This document shows positions 1 to 9,484 of a DNA stretch of 64,000 nucleotides, in pieces. A program made the translations under genes and the position numbers. The stretch comes from an uncultured Phycisphaerales bacterium (GTDB lineage: Bacteria > Planctomycetota > Phycisphaerae > Sedimentisphaerales > Anaerobacaceae). The notes below the pieces were generated by a model. That model saw only the letters and a program-made list of their open reading frames with translations, did not search any database and had not been told where the DNA came from. Location of the stretch: assembly GCA_963718665.1 (NCBI GenBank), contig OY970359.1:1024001-1088000 (forward strand). The letters are read 5' to 3'. Position 1 is the first letter of the stretch; each line of letters begins with the position of its first letter.

Positions 1-332
1 GCGTTGATATCGACGTCATTGGGGTCAACCGCCACGTCCTGGTCCTGGGGGCCGATTGAATCCTTTTGAAGCAGAATCTCTATCGCAGCTTTTCGGTTGT
101 TGGCCACGGCGATGTCGTTTCGGCCGTCGCCGTCAAAATCGGCAATCTGCAAATTCTGAATACCCCAGTCCAGCTTGATGATTTCCATCTCGCCGAATCC
201 GTAGTATTCGCCGATGCCGTTCGCGTCCGGCTGGTTAACGTCCTGCCCCGGCTGTTCTTTAACGGGTTTGCTTATGCCTGCCGTTGCTATCGTAAGGCAT
301 AATAATATGATTGTGCCCTTAATCGTTCGCAC
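1..332 (-). CDS. Secreted FG-GAP/VCBS-repeat protein, 5' part only (runs off the window start)
   Basis: Hand translation from GTG at 332 (GGAGG upstream): signal-peptide-like N-terminus, then IADFDGDGRNDIAVAN, an FG-GAP motif. Not in the ORF track because it is truncated. Confidence 0.75.
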   Translation of the reverse strand, partial: MRTIKGTIILLCLTIATAGISKPVKEQPGQDVNQPDANGIGEYYGFGEMEIIKLDWGIQNLQIADFDGDGRNDIAVANNRKAAIEILLQKDSIGPQDQDVAVDPNDVDIN

Positions 333-471
333 TGGAAACCTCCACGCAACTGAGTTATCTTCAAATCGTTTACTCAATCATCAATTATCAAGCATCGGTT
401 GTCAATACTCTGGCACTTATCAGCCAGCTATGTTATTCTTATTGCGCATTAAACAGTAAGGGATTACAGGT

Positions 472-1452
472 ATGGCAGAAAGATACGATTGCATAATAAT
501 CGGAGCGGGCCCGGCCGGACTGGCGGCCGGGTTATACGCCGCGAGAGACCGGTTTAAAATGCTGCTGCTCGAAAAGTTTGTTCCGGGCGGGCAAATCAAC
601 AGCACCGACAGAATTGAAAACTACCCCGGTTTCGAGCGCATAAGCGGCTATGAACTTATCGAAAAAATGCAAAAGCAGACCGTCTCCTTCGGCGGCGAAA
701 TCAAAACGGGGTCGGAAGTAACCGCCCTGAAGAAATTAAGCAACGGCGACATCGAAATTTCCTGCGATAAAGACAAATACCTCGCCCGCGCGGTCATACT
801 TGCCCCCGGCAGCGACTACCGCAAGCTCGGTATTCCCGGCGAGGACAAGTTTCGCAACGCAGGGGCGGGCGTAAGCTACTGCGGGACCTGCGACGCGCCT
901 TTCTTCAAAGGTAAATCCGTCGCGGCAATCGGGGGAGGCAATACCGCGCTGGAAGAGACGCTGCACCTGTGCAAATTCGCCGCCAAAGTAACGCTGCTTC
1001 ACCGCAGGAACGAATTCCGCGCGACCAAAGTCCTGCAGGAAGAGCTTATCGCGAAGAGTAAAGAGCCGAATACGAATCTGCTGATTAGATACAGCACCGT
1101 GGCGACCGCCATCGAGGGCAAAGACAAGGTTGAATCCGTCCGGCTGAAAAACGTTAAAACCAATAAAGAAGAAAGTTATCCCTGCGACGGGGTTTTCATT
1201 TTCGTCGGGATGGTTCCCAGCACCGGGTTTCTCAGGGGTTTCGTTGATTTGACCGACGACGGTTTCATCAAGTGTGATTTCGCACACCTAAGGACGAGCG
1301 TCCCCGGCGTATTCGCGGCGGGTGATTGTCGGGTGGGAGCCGCGATGCAGCTCTCGACGGCTGTAGGCGACGGGGCAAACGCGGCGATGATGCTGAAAAA
1401 CTATTTCCGCGATTCAAACTGGTGGAGTCAGCCGGCGGGCGGGGGACTTTGA
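472..1452 (+). CDS. trxB: Thioredoxin-disulfide reductase
   Basis: GAGPAG FAD motif, GVSYCGTCD redox CxxC, GGGNTA NADPH motif, TSVPGVFAAGD. Confidence 0.95.
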   Translation: MAERYDCIIIGAGPAGLAAGLYAARDRFKMLLLEKFVPGGQINSTDRIENYPGFERISGYELIEKMQKQTVSFGGEIKTGSEVTALKKLSNGDIEISCDKDKYLARAVILAPGSDYRKLGIPGEDKFRNAGAGVSYCGTCDAPFFKGKSVAAIGGGNTALEETLHLCKFAAKVTLLHRRNEFRATKVLQEELIAKSKEPNTNLLIRYSTVATAIEGKDKVESVRLKNVKTNKEESYPCDGVFIFVGMVPSTGFLRGFVDLTDDGFIKCDFAHLRTSVPGVFAAGDCRVGAAMQLSTAVGDGANAAMMLKNYFRDSNWWSQPAGGGL

Positions 1453-1459
1453 GTTTCGC

Positions 1460-1786
1460 TTAAAGCAGCTCGTCGATTGCCGCAGCGAGGTCTTTCTTGC
1501 TGGTCAGGCCGACCCATTTCTTCTGGACCTGTCCGTCTTTGAAAAGGATGATTGTTGGTATCGCGCTGATGCCGAATTCCATAGCGCTATCCCTGGCATC
1601 GTCGGTATTGAGCTTGCAGACCTTCGCCTTGCCTGTGTAGTCCCTGGCGAATTCCTCGATGATTGGCCCCATCATCCTGCAGGGGCCGCACCATGGCGCC
1701 CAGAAATCCACCAGCACGGGCGTGCCCGCTGTATGAATCATTTCATCGAAATCCGCGTCGGTAAGCTCAACTACATTGCCAGCCAT
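1460..1786 (-). CDS. trxA: Thioredoxin
   Basis: VDFWAPWCGPC active site; likely start is ATG 1786. Confidence 0.95.
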   Translation of the reverse strand: MAGNVVELTDADFDEMIHTAGTPVLVDFWAPWCGPCRMMGPIIEEFARDYTGKAKVCKLNTDDARDSAMEFGISAIPTIILFKDGQVQKKWVGLTSKKDLAAAIDELL

Positions 1787-1875
1787 TTTTTGATTCCTTT
1801 CCAAAATTGGCCTCAGGTTAACCGGATTTTATAGAGTCGGCCAATAACTGTCAAACGCTTATTACGTTTTTCTGT

Positions 1876-2964
1876 TTATGATTGTTCTTTTATTTGGCCG
1901 TCCAGCGGTTCTGGTTCGTCGGCTGTTTGTTTGGATTTGTCTTTCGGAGGCAATTCCGCAATAGGTATAGGCAGATGCAATTCCGTTTGTGCTTCTTCGA
2001 CGGGCTGCTCGATTGTAGAATTGTCAGCAGGCGGTATTTCTACTATTGGTATAGGCAGTTGCGATTCCTGCTCTGTTTCGGTTATTTCATCAATTGCAAA
2101 ATCCGGCTCCGCGGGTAATTCCTCAGCCGAGGCAGGCATCGGCTGCTGTTCTATTGCCGCCACTGCCTGCTGGCTGGCTGCTTCCTCTGCTTCGATTCTC
2201 ATTATCGCTTTACGAACGGCCTCTTCCGGCGGCGCATCGGTCAGCGCACGAAGGGATATTTTGCCTGTTTCCTGGTTTTGTTCCACCCAGATTAACTGCG
2301 ACCTGATAAGCTCCAGTATGGCCAAAAACAGTCCCACCAGCACCAGCCGGCTGCCTCGCGGCTCGAAAATGCGCTCGAAGCTCATCTGACCTTCTTTTTG
2401 CAGCCGATGCAAAATCTCTATCTGATACAAGTCGATCGGTGTGTCGTCCGTAATGTGACTTATATCGAATTTGGCGCCGGTCGCCTCCATAATTGCGTCG
2501 AAGGCCTCAAGCAGATTCCAGACGCTGACTTGGTCGAGGTCAACCGTTGGCTCGGCATTGGGCTTGAATTGCTCGATAACCGTATCAGGCCTGGCGAACC
2601 GGTCGCCATGTTCCTCGGCTGATGCCGCGAGCATATTTGCCGCGTCTTTGAATCGCTTGTATTCCAAAAGCTGTCTTATAAGCTCAGCACGCGGGTCTGA
2701 CAAATCTTCCGCCCCGATTTCCTCTCCCTGCGTCTTTGGCAGAAGCATAGCCGATTTTATCTGCATCAGCGTCGCCGCCATTACCAGGAAATCTCCCGCC
2801 ACGTCGATATCAAGCTGCTTTAGTATGTCGATATAACGAATGTACTGGTCGGTGATTTTCGCAAGGGGTATGTCATAAATATCAACCTCTTCCTTGCGGA
2901 CAAGGTACAAAAGCAGGTCCAAAGGCCCCGCGAATATCTCAAGATTTACCCGATAATCAGCCAA
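1876..2964 (-). CDS. scpA: Segregation/condensation protein A with acidic C-terminal extension
   Basis: FAGPLDLLLYLV, FLVMAATLMQIKSAMLLP, DPRAELIRQLLEYKRFK, FLAILEL. Confidence 0.92.
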   Translation of the reverse strand: MADYRVNLEIFAGPLDLLLYLVRKEEVDIYDIPLAKITDQYIRYIDILKQLDIDVAGDFLVMAATLMQIKSAMLLPKTQGEEIGAEDLSDPRAELIRQLLEYKRFKDAANMLAASAEEHGDRFARPDTVIEQFKPNAEPTVDLDQVSVWNLLEAFDAIMEATGAKFDISHITDDTPIDLYQIEILHRLQKEGQMSFERIFEPRGSRLVLVGLFLAILELIRSQLIWVEQNQETGKISLRALTDAPPEEAVRKAIMRIEAEEAASQQAVAAIEQQPMPASAEELPAEPDFAIDEITETEQESQLPIPIVEIPPADNSTIEQPVEEAQTELHLPIPIAELPPKDKSKQTADEPEPLDGQIKEQS

Positions 2965-3264
2965 TTACAACTCCTCCTCCTTTGGGTCATAGGGCTCATC
3001 CGCCTCGTCCGTTTCATCCATTACTTCATATTTTTCCGGCTCGTGACCTTGTTCCTGTTCCTCAAGTATCTGTTTGGCCTCATCAGCATCCTTTTCCAGC
3101 ACCTGAAGCTTGACCGTTGCGAATGCCGGTACACCCGCAAGCACATCCGCCCCGTGCTGGCCCGCCAGCGTACTCTTTATCCCAAAATCGTCTAAAACCT
3201 GTTTAGCCATCTCGGCCTGCATCGAATCCATATACTCGGCTATTGTAACAAGTTTATCTTCCAT
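2965..3264 (-). CDS. DUF2007-like putative signal-transducing protein
   Basis: LVTIAEY..AEMAKQVLDDFGI..VKLQVLEKDADEAKQIL pattern; operonic between trpS and scpA. Confidence 0.7.
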   Translation of the reverse strand: MEDKLVTIAEYMDSMQAEMAKQVLDDFGIKSTLAGQHGADVLAGVPAFATVKLQVLEKDADEAKQILEEQEQGHEPEKYEVMDETDEADEPYDPKEEEL

Positions 3265-4231
3265 AATACTCACCTAACCCTACAGCTTTTCGTGCTTCAA
3301 TCAGCGTCTTTACCGCGACGGCTCTTGCCCGCTGAGCACCTTTCGCCAAAATCTGCCTGAGATAATCAGGGTTACTCTCAAGTTCGGTTCGCTTCTGGCG
3401 GTAAGGCCTGAAGTATTCTACGATAAGCTCGGCCAAGCGTTTCTTCGCTTCGCCGTATCCTGTGCCGCCTTTGTGGTATTTGTCTTCCCACTGTTTGATT
3501 TCTTCGGCTGACGCGAAAAGCTTTAATAGCGCAAATACATTACACTTATCAGGATTTTTCGGCGCCTCAACCGGCGTTGAGTCGGTAACTATTTTCATAA
3601 CTTTACTTTTGATGCTCTTTTCCGGCTCGAACATCTCAATCGTGTTGCCGTAACTTTTGCTCATTTTTCGGCCGTCGATACCCGGCACGACCGCAACCGA
3701 TTCTATAATGTAATCCTTTGGCAGGACAAAAGTTTCGCCGTATGTATTGTTGAAGTAGCCCGCGATGTCGCGTGTAACCTCGATGTGTTGTTTCTGGTCT
3801 GCACCAACGGGCACAACGTCGCTCTTATATATAAGGATGTCCGCCGCCTGCAAAACAGGATACGCGAAAAGCCCATGGTTCGGGCTTATTCCCTGCGCAA
3901 CCTTGTCCTTATAGCTGGTGCACCTTTCTAAAAGCCCCTTCGGCGTAACGCACGACAAAAGCCACGTAAGTTCCGTAACCTCTGGCACATCCGATTGCCG
4001 CCAAAATATCGTTTTTTCCGTATCAAGACCCAGCGCTATGTAATCCATAGCGACGCTGAGGGTGAATTCGGAGACGTCCTTCGGCGAGGGATTGCTCGTC
4101 AGGGCGTGATAGTCGGCGATGAAGAAAAAGCAGTCGTTTCCCTGCTGCATTTGTATATGCTGCCTCATCGCACCGAAATAGTTGCCTATATGCAGCCGAC
4201 CAGATGGCTGAATGCCCGAAAGTACTCTCAT
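3254..4231 (-). CDS. trpS: Tryptophan--tRNA ligase
   Basis: SGIQPSGRLHIGNY, YPVLQAADIL, VPVGADQ, KMSKS. Confidence 0.97.
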   Translation of the reverse strand: MRVLSGIQPSGRLHIGNYFGAMRQHIQMQQGNDCFFFIADYHALTSNPSPKDVSEFTLSVAMDYIALGLDTEKTIFWRQSDVPEVTELTWLLSCVTPKGLLERCTSYKDKVAQGISPNHGLFAYPVLQAADILIYKSDVVPVGADQKQHIEVTRDIAGYFNNTYGETFVLPKDYIIESVAVVPGIDGRKMSKSYGNTIEMFEPEKSIKSKVMKIVTDSTPVEAPKNPDKCNVFALLKLFASAEEIKQWEDKYHKGGTGYGEAKKRLAELIVEYFRPYRQKRTELESNPDYLRQILAKGAQRARAVAVKTLIEARKAVGLGEYYGR

Positions 4232-4462
4232 AAAGTTGAACCGCCTTCCAAATTCGTCTTGTGCCTTGGGTCTTAGGTCTTATAATAAAAGAGGGTATCT
4301 TTCCCGGCTCCCAAAGTCAAGAGTTTTGCATTCGCAGATGATACCCGGGGTTGCCGCTTTCGGACAATATGCTCACTGGAATGGTCAACAAATGAATGAT
4401 TTCCAAAAGTGGTTGTTAGGAATGGAGGCAGCTTGGATTAAGTATTTGACAGGCGATAAAAA

Positions 4463-5092
4463 ATGAGGGAAATCAATTTAGATAAAAGTCGTTGTATTGG
4501 AGGTATAGTTTTATTTGGCGGCTTCTCCCTCTTTTGGGGATTTGCTTTAATCATGCTCGGCATCTATGACAAAGACGAACCTTTCGATAAGAAGTTAATA
4601 GGAATAGTTTTTGGAATAGGTCTTTTGTTGTGGTTAATAAAAAGCTTCTTCGAATACCTCATAACTTTTCTGAGATTTTACAACTTAAGAATAGAAATTT
4701 TAAGAGACAAATTAATTCTTAGAACTGACACGAAAGAATGCGAAATTCCTATGACTAAAGACACAATTGTAGTGTGTTGCATGGATGGATGGTTAATATT
4801 ATGGCCGTCTAAAAAAAGCGACGGCATAATTTTGCTTCCGAGATTTTTATTGGGAGACGATTTCCTCGAGTTGTGCTTTTATTTTCAGGAAAATACGCAT
4901 TATATCCCGTCTCAAGACATAAGACCTCCTTACCGATCTCCACTCCCATTAGGACTTTTTAATTTAGACTATTATCAGCCTAATGCGGATTATGAGGCGG
5001 CTGAAAAAGAAGAGAATAAGCTATTGGAATCGTTAGAAATTAATAGATTTTGGCCTAACAATCGCCTGAAATATATCAGATGGCCTGCTTAG
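4463..5092 (+). CDS. AT-rich hypothetical membrane protein (two N-terminal TM helices)
   Basis: 209-aa ORF with two hydrophobic segments; visibly more AT-rich than its neighbours. Confidence 0.6.
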   Translation: MREINLDKSRCIGGIVLFGGFSLFWGFALIMLGIYDKDEPFDKKLIGIVFGIGLLLWLIKSFFEYLITFLRFYNLRIEILRDKLILRTDTKECEIPMTKDTIVVCCMDGWLILWPSKKSDGIILLPRFLLGDDFLELCFYFQENTHYIPSQDIRPPYRSPLPLGLFNLDYYQPNADYEAAEKEENKLLESLEINRFWPNNRLKYIRWPA

Positions 5093-5327
5093 CAAGAAAG
5101 GAAATGGGGAAATTGATGTGCCGGCCAGACAATCGAGGAATCGAGAACCGGCTCGTATTCCCAATCGTTCAAATAATCCTCAACCAAGACAAAGGTAACG
5201 TAAAGAGCAGAAAGCGAGACAGGGGCCGAGAAAGCCCCTGCCGCGTTTAGGCGCAATCGCATTTGTCTCCCCGGCCTGTCTCAATGCCCTTTACAAGCCA
5301 GGATTTTTCGATGGCTGTTTGCTGGTA

Positions 5328-5702
5328 TCACTCAACTTTTAGAACGGAATTTACTCCGCCGTATGGGTTGGGTTCCGTGGCGTCATTATAAGGGTCCTGC
5401 TGCCAATGGCCGTCCACGATAAATCGGTAGTGGTAAGTCCCTTTTACGAGCGGTACCCTCGCCTGCCAGGTGCCGTCGCCTGCCTTTCTCATAATGGTCT
5501 TTTCGGGCTGCCAGTTGTTGAAATCACCGGCAATCTGAACGCTGTGTGCCTGCGGGTAAGACGCTACGAAAATAACGCTGTCTCCGACCTGGCACGGGCC
5601 AAGCGGTTTAGTGGCGCTTATAGCTGAAGGCCCGGGGTTCATGATTGTTGAAGACATTGTTGTTGATGCCGCTTTGTCTTTTGAAAATTTTGCTGTTTTC
5701 AT
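5328..5702 (-). CDS. Glycogen-binding CBM48 / isoamylase early-set domain protein
   Basis: AHSVQIAGDFNNW, GTYHYRFIVDGHWQQDP, NPYGGVNSVL. Confidence 0.88.
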   Translation of the reverse strand: MKTAKFSKDKAASTTMSSTIMNPGPSAISATKPLGPCQVGDSVIFVASYPQAHSVQIAGDFNNWQPEKTIMRKAGDGTWQARVPLVKGTYHYRFIVDGHWQQDPYNDATEPNPYGGVNSVLKVE

Positions 5703-5704
5703 AA

Positions 5705-6988
5705 CTAAGTCCTTTCAGAAAAACATAAACTATTTGCAACGTTATCATTACTTGTTCCACTCTGCCGTTCGGCACTGAGTTCGTATATACGGGTCGGTTT
5801 TCTAAGAATCGCTTCAGAGCAGCTACGGTCGAGATTATCCAGAACGTTCATAAAATTTATGTAGGCGTCATAGGGCGAATTATAATGGTTGAAGTATTTA
5901 TGGACGTCGCCGTCTGCGAACCATTTCGTGCACATATAATAGAAATGGTCTGAGGTCTGCAATCTTCTCCAGATGTCGATAATGCCCGGGTTTTCGGTGT
6001 TTTTGACTTTGCCCTCGAGGCGATATAGTTCCGCCAGGGCGTTTTCCTGCATCGAGTTGCCACGCCAGGCGGAGAGGTCTCGCTCGATATCCGCCCAGCT
6101 TATGGTATATGGCACATCGACAGTATCAACGGACGGGTAAGAGCGTATTACCTCCGAAGGCGTTTTGAAATTGTTTTCCGGATACCTGAGGATATATTCG
6201 GGCATATGTCGCAGAAATTCGAAAATGCCCGTGTCCTGCCACTGATGCTCGCCGAAGGTTTCATAATCCATAAAGAGATTGACGACATTTCCGCAGCCGT
6301 TGACTGCGTTAATCCAGGCAGCGAACTTATCGGCGGTAAGCGGCCACTCGCTCCAGTCGCGGTTTGAAAACCGAAACGCGATATCGTCGCTTAGCCGGTA
6401 ATTTTTCAGCAGGAGTTTAAGCCGGGTAGAGGTGGTGGGACGGTAAACAAAATTCGCGTTCCTGTAACCGAGGATGTGGTCGGCACCTTCAGCAATGATG
6501 GCATCGAAGCCGCCAATCTGGTCAACGATGGGAGGTAAGCCGTTGTTATAAATAAGCTCGGTGTTCCTGAAAATACGTGGTGTCTGGCCAAACAATTGTC
6601 TGATAATCCGCCTGTGGGCCTTTACCTGTTCTATAAACTCATCTTTAGAATACAGAAAAGCCAAACTGTGGTGATAAGTTTCGCCGAGAAATTCCACGCA
6701 GCCGGTGTCAGCCAGTTGCTTGAACGTGGTCAATGCCTCCGGCGCAAATTTTTCGAGCTGCTCAAGCAGAACACCGGTGATGCTATAAGATATTTTAAAC
6801 TTTCCCCTGTGTTTGCGGATAAGCTCCAGCATCAGTTTATTTGTAGGGAGGTAACATTTGTTGGCGACCTTCCTGCATATTTCGGCGTTCTTATAATCGT
6901 CTAAGTAGTTATCGCCGCGGTCAAAAACGTTATAATGCCGTAATCTCTGGGGCTGGTGAACCTGAAAATAAAAACATACCGAAGCCAT
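5705..6988 (-). CDS. GH57 alpha-amylase-like glycoside hydrolase
   Basis: FQVHQP, ETYHHSL, FRNTELIY, MDYETFGEHQW, LQTSDHFYYM. Confidence 0.92.
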   Translation of the reverse strand: MASVCFYFQVHQPQRLRHYNVFDRGDNYLDDYKNAEICRKVANKCYLPTNKLMLELIRKHRGKFKISYSITGVLLEQLEKFAPEALTTFKQLADTGCVEFLGETYHHSLAFLYSKDEFIEQVKAHRRIIRQLFGQTPRIFRNTELIYNNGLPPIVDQIGGFDAIIAEGADHILGYRNANFVYRPTTSTRLKLLLKNYRLSDDIAFRFSNRDWSEWPLTADKFAAWINAVNGCGNVVNLFMDYETFGEHQWQDTGIFEFLRHMPEYILRYPENNFKTPSEVIRSYPSVDTVDVPYTISWADIERDLSAWRGNSMQENALAELYRLEGKVKNTENPGIIDIWRRLQTSDHFYYMCTKWFADGDVHKYFNHYNSPYDAYINFMNVLDNLDRSCSEAILRKPTRIYELSAERQSGTSNDNVANSLCFSERT

Positions 6989-8277
6989 TATGTCTTCTCC
7001 TTACTTTTGGCCTGCTCGATTACTTCCTCGTAGATATTCTTCACTTTCGCTGCCGAATCTTCCCAGTTGAATTTGCACGATTCATGAAATCCGTTTTTAC
7101 CGAGAGTCGCCTTGAGCTGTGGCCGCTTGAGAACGGCTATCATTTTGTTGGCCATTTCATCGATGTCCCAGAAATCGACTTTGAGGGCGTGCGTTACCAC
7201 TTCGGCGATGCCGCTTTGTTTGCTCATAAGGACCGGGACGTTGCGGTTCATCGCTTCAAGGGAAGAAATTCCAAACGGCTCGGAAACAGAGGGCATGACG
7301 TAGAGGTCGGCCATTTTATACGCCCTGTTAACGTCCTCCCCGGTCAAAAAGCCGGTGAAGAGAACTTTGTTTCCGATACCCATAGAGGCCGCAAGCTCGA
7401 TAATTTTGGGCATCATATCGCCGGAGCCAGCCATAATGAATTTGACGTTGTCAACGACCTGGAGGACTTTTTTGGCGGCGGCGAGGAAATACTCCGGGCC
7501 TTTTTGCATTGTGATTCGTCCGAGGAACAGGACAATTTTGTCTTTCTTTTCCGCCGGGATATGACAGACGCCGTCGCCATTGTGCTCAACGGCATTGTAA
7601 ACGACTTCAACTTTAGCCGGTGGAACACCGTAATGTTTTACTATTGTTTCTTTGGTTAAGTTGCTTACGGCGATTATCTTCGAGGCAGCGTGCATACCCA
7701 TTCGTTCGATGTCGTAAACGGTCTGATTGACGTGCTCGCCGCTTCGGTCAAACTCCGTCGAGTGCACGTGCACAACGAGGGGTTTGTGATTTTGGCGAGA
7801 AACCGCTTCGCCGGCGGGATACGTCATCCAGTCATGCGCGTGGACGACATCGAAATCTTCAGCAGCGGCGATTATGGCCGCCCTGTCGGCATATTGACTT
7901 ACCGCGGAGAGAATATCGCCGGTATAATTGTCAGGGCCGAGCGCCACGCCTACATCGGCTATTTCAAGCAGAGTTCTTCCTGAGTCGTAATTGTTAAAGT
8001 TTTCATGTATATGAGAACCGACGCCGGCATAGGGCCTCAAGTTCGAAGATATGACGTGAAATCTCATGTTGGTGAATTGTTCGGACTGGGTTACAGTCGG
8101 GGTGTCATTCGTGCCGATGGTTCTAATTGAGCCGGCCGGATTGCCTGTGCCCCGCGGCAAAACAAACGTAACTTTTATGCCCAGCTTGTCCATCGCCTTT
8201 GTCAGGCCGTAACAAGCTGTTCCCAACCCGCCGCTTATTTGGGGGGGGAACTCCCATCCTAGCATAAAAGTTTTCAT
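6988..8277 (-). CDS. GT4 glycosyltransferase (putative alpha-glucan synthase)
   Basis: GWEFPPQISGGLG, HAHDWMT, PSVSEPFGISSLEA; coupled to the GH57 gene. Confidence 0.9.
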   Translation of the reverse strand: MKTFMLGWEFPPQISGGLGTACYGLTKAMDKLGIKVTFVLPRGTGNPAGSIRTIGTNDTPTVTQSEQFTNMRFHVISSNLRPYAGVGSHIHENFNNYDSGRTLLEIADVGVALGPDNYTGDILSAVSQYADRAAIIAAAEDFDVVHAHDWMTYPAGEAVSRQNHKPLVVHVHSTEFDRSGEHVNQTVYDIERMGMHAASKIIAVSNLTKETIVKHYGVPPAKVEVVYNAVEHNGDGVCHIPAEKKDKIVLFLGRITMQKGPEYFLAAAKKVLQVVDNVKFIMAGSGDMMPKIIELAASMGIGNKVLFTGFLTGEDVNRAYKMADLYVMPSVSEPFGISSLEAMNRNVPVLMSKQSGIAEVVTHALKVDFWDIDEMANKMIAVLKRPQLKATLGKNGFHESCKFNWEDSAAKVKNIYEEVIEQAKSKEKT

Positions 8278-8336
8278 TGCTGCTGTCCTTTCTGTCCCTG
8301 GGCATACGTGCCCCTGTTTTCATTTCATTAATTTTA

Positions 8337-8582
8337 TCAATGTGCATAAACCCTATTTACGGAAAAACCTGGATAGCCGGGCTGCTGCCTCGGGATTTTT
8401 TGCAGCCACTGCCCATTGCAGTTTTTATCGCTGCACCTGAACCATACAAAAGTTGTGCCGTTTTCACATACCCTTTCTGACTCGGTCATTTTGCCCCCAC
8501 ATTCCGGACACAACTGGTGGTTCTGTGCCCGCATAATTATTGGCAACAGCCCGGCGTTATTTTCAGTTTTCATAATCGTCAT
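8337..8582 (-). CDS. Small zinc-ribbon protein
   Basis: CPECG..FVWFRCSDKNC; GGAG upstream; first gene of the GT4/GH57/CBM48 unit. Confidence 0.6.
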   Translation of the reverse strand: MTIMKTENNAGLLPIIMRAQNHQLCPECGGKMTESERVCENGTTFVWFRCSDKNCNGQWLQKIPRQQPGYPGFSVNRVYAH

Positions 8583-8804
8583 CTCCGCTATCCGATGAGA
8601 TCGTAAATTCTTTGATATTACCGGTTAAAACTTATTAACGTTGAGTATAATACTCCTTTGTTCATTCGAAGGCATATAGGCATATTGCTTAATTATGGCA
8701 TCGCAATTGCTCACTATTGCAGGCAGTGATAACAGGGCAATTGAGAACGCGGGATTGCGCTGCTGTGCTCGCAATGACGTTGGAGGTGCGTTTGTGCCTT
8801 AATA

Positions 8805-9458
8805 TTACGGTTCCGGCTGCGTCAAACCTTCCTGAATCGCGTATTTGGTAAGCTGGGCGATGTTATCTATCTTGAGCTTGTTCATAAGATTGAGGCGGTG
8901 GACTTCAACGGTTTTTGCGCTGATGTGAAGGCGTTTTCCGATTTGCTTGGTGGCTTTGCCTTCCGTTAAAAGCTGGAGGACTTCCCGTTCTCTCTGGGAG
9001 AGTATTGAAAAGACGGAATCTTTGGCATTATCGGGCTGTCGCATATAGTTATCGACGACGACATCAGATATGGCGGGGCTGATATAGGTTTTATTGTTCA
9101 TCACCAGCCGGATGGCATTGACCAGCTCGTCGAATTCGCAATCCTTAAGCAGATAACCGGAGGCGCCCGCCTTGAACATTTCGATGATGAAATTCTTGCT
9201 CGAATGCATCGACAGCGCGATAATCTTGACTTTGGGGTTCTCTTTGACAATCTGGCGGGTCGCCTCGATGCCGTTGAGGTCGGGCATACCGATATCCATT
9301 ATTACGATATTTGGAGAAAGCTCTTTGGCAAGCTCGACGGTTGTCCTGCCGTCTTTGGCCTGGGCAATCACTTCCATATCTTTCTCATTTTGAAGAGATT
9401 TGCTGAGGCCGTGTCGCAACATCGCATGGTCATCGGCCAGTATTATTTTAATGCCCAT
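8805..9458 (-). CDS. NarL/LuxR-family response regulator
   Basis: REC domain (ADDH, MDIGMP) plus LuxR HTH LSQREREVL..ISAKTVEVHRLNLMNKL. Confidence 0.95.
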   Translation of the reverse strand: MGIKIILADDHAMLRHGLSKSLQNEKDMEVIAQAKDGRTTVELAKELSPNIVIMDIGMPDLNGIEATRQIVKENPKVKIIALSMHSSKNFIIEMFKAGASGYLLKDCEFDELVNAIRLVMNNKTYISPAISDVVVDNYMRQPDNAKDSVFSILSQREREVLQLLTEGKATKQIGKRLHISAKTVEVHRLNLMNKLKIDNIAQLTKYAIQEGLTQPEP

Positions 9459-9484
9459 AATAATAGTCCCCTTTCATCAGGATT

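Noticed and set aside
5216..5282. Alternative hairpins (GAGACAGG/CCTGTCTC versus CAGGGGC/GCCCCTG) as a riboswitch
   Set aside because: Lies between convergent gene ends with no downstream gene to control; no known motif recognised.
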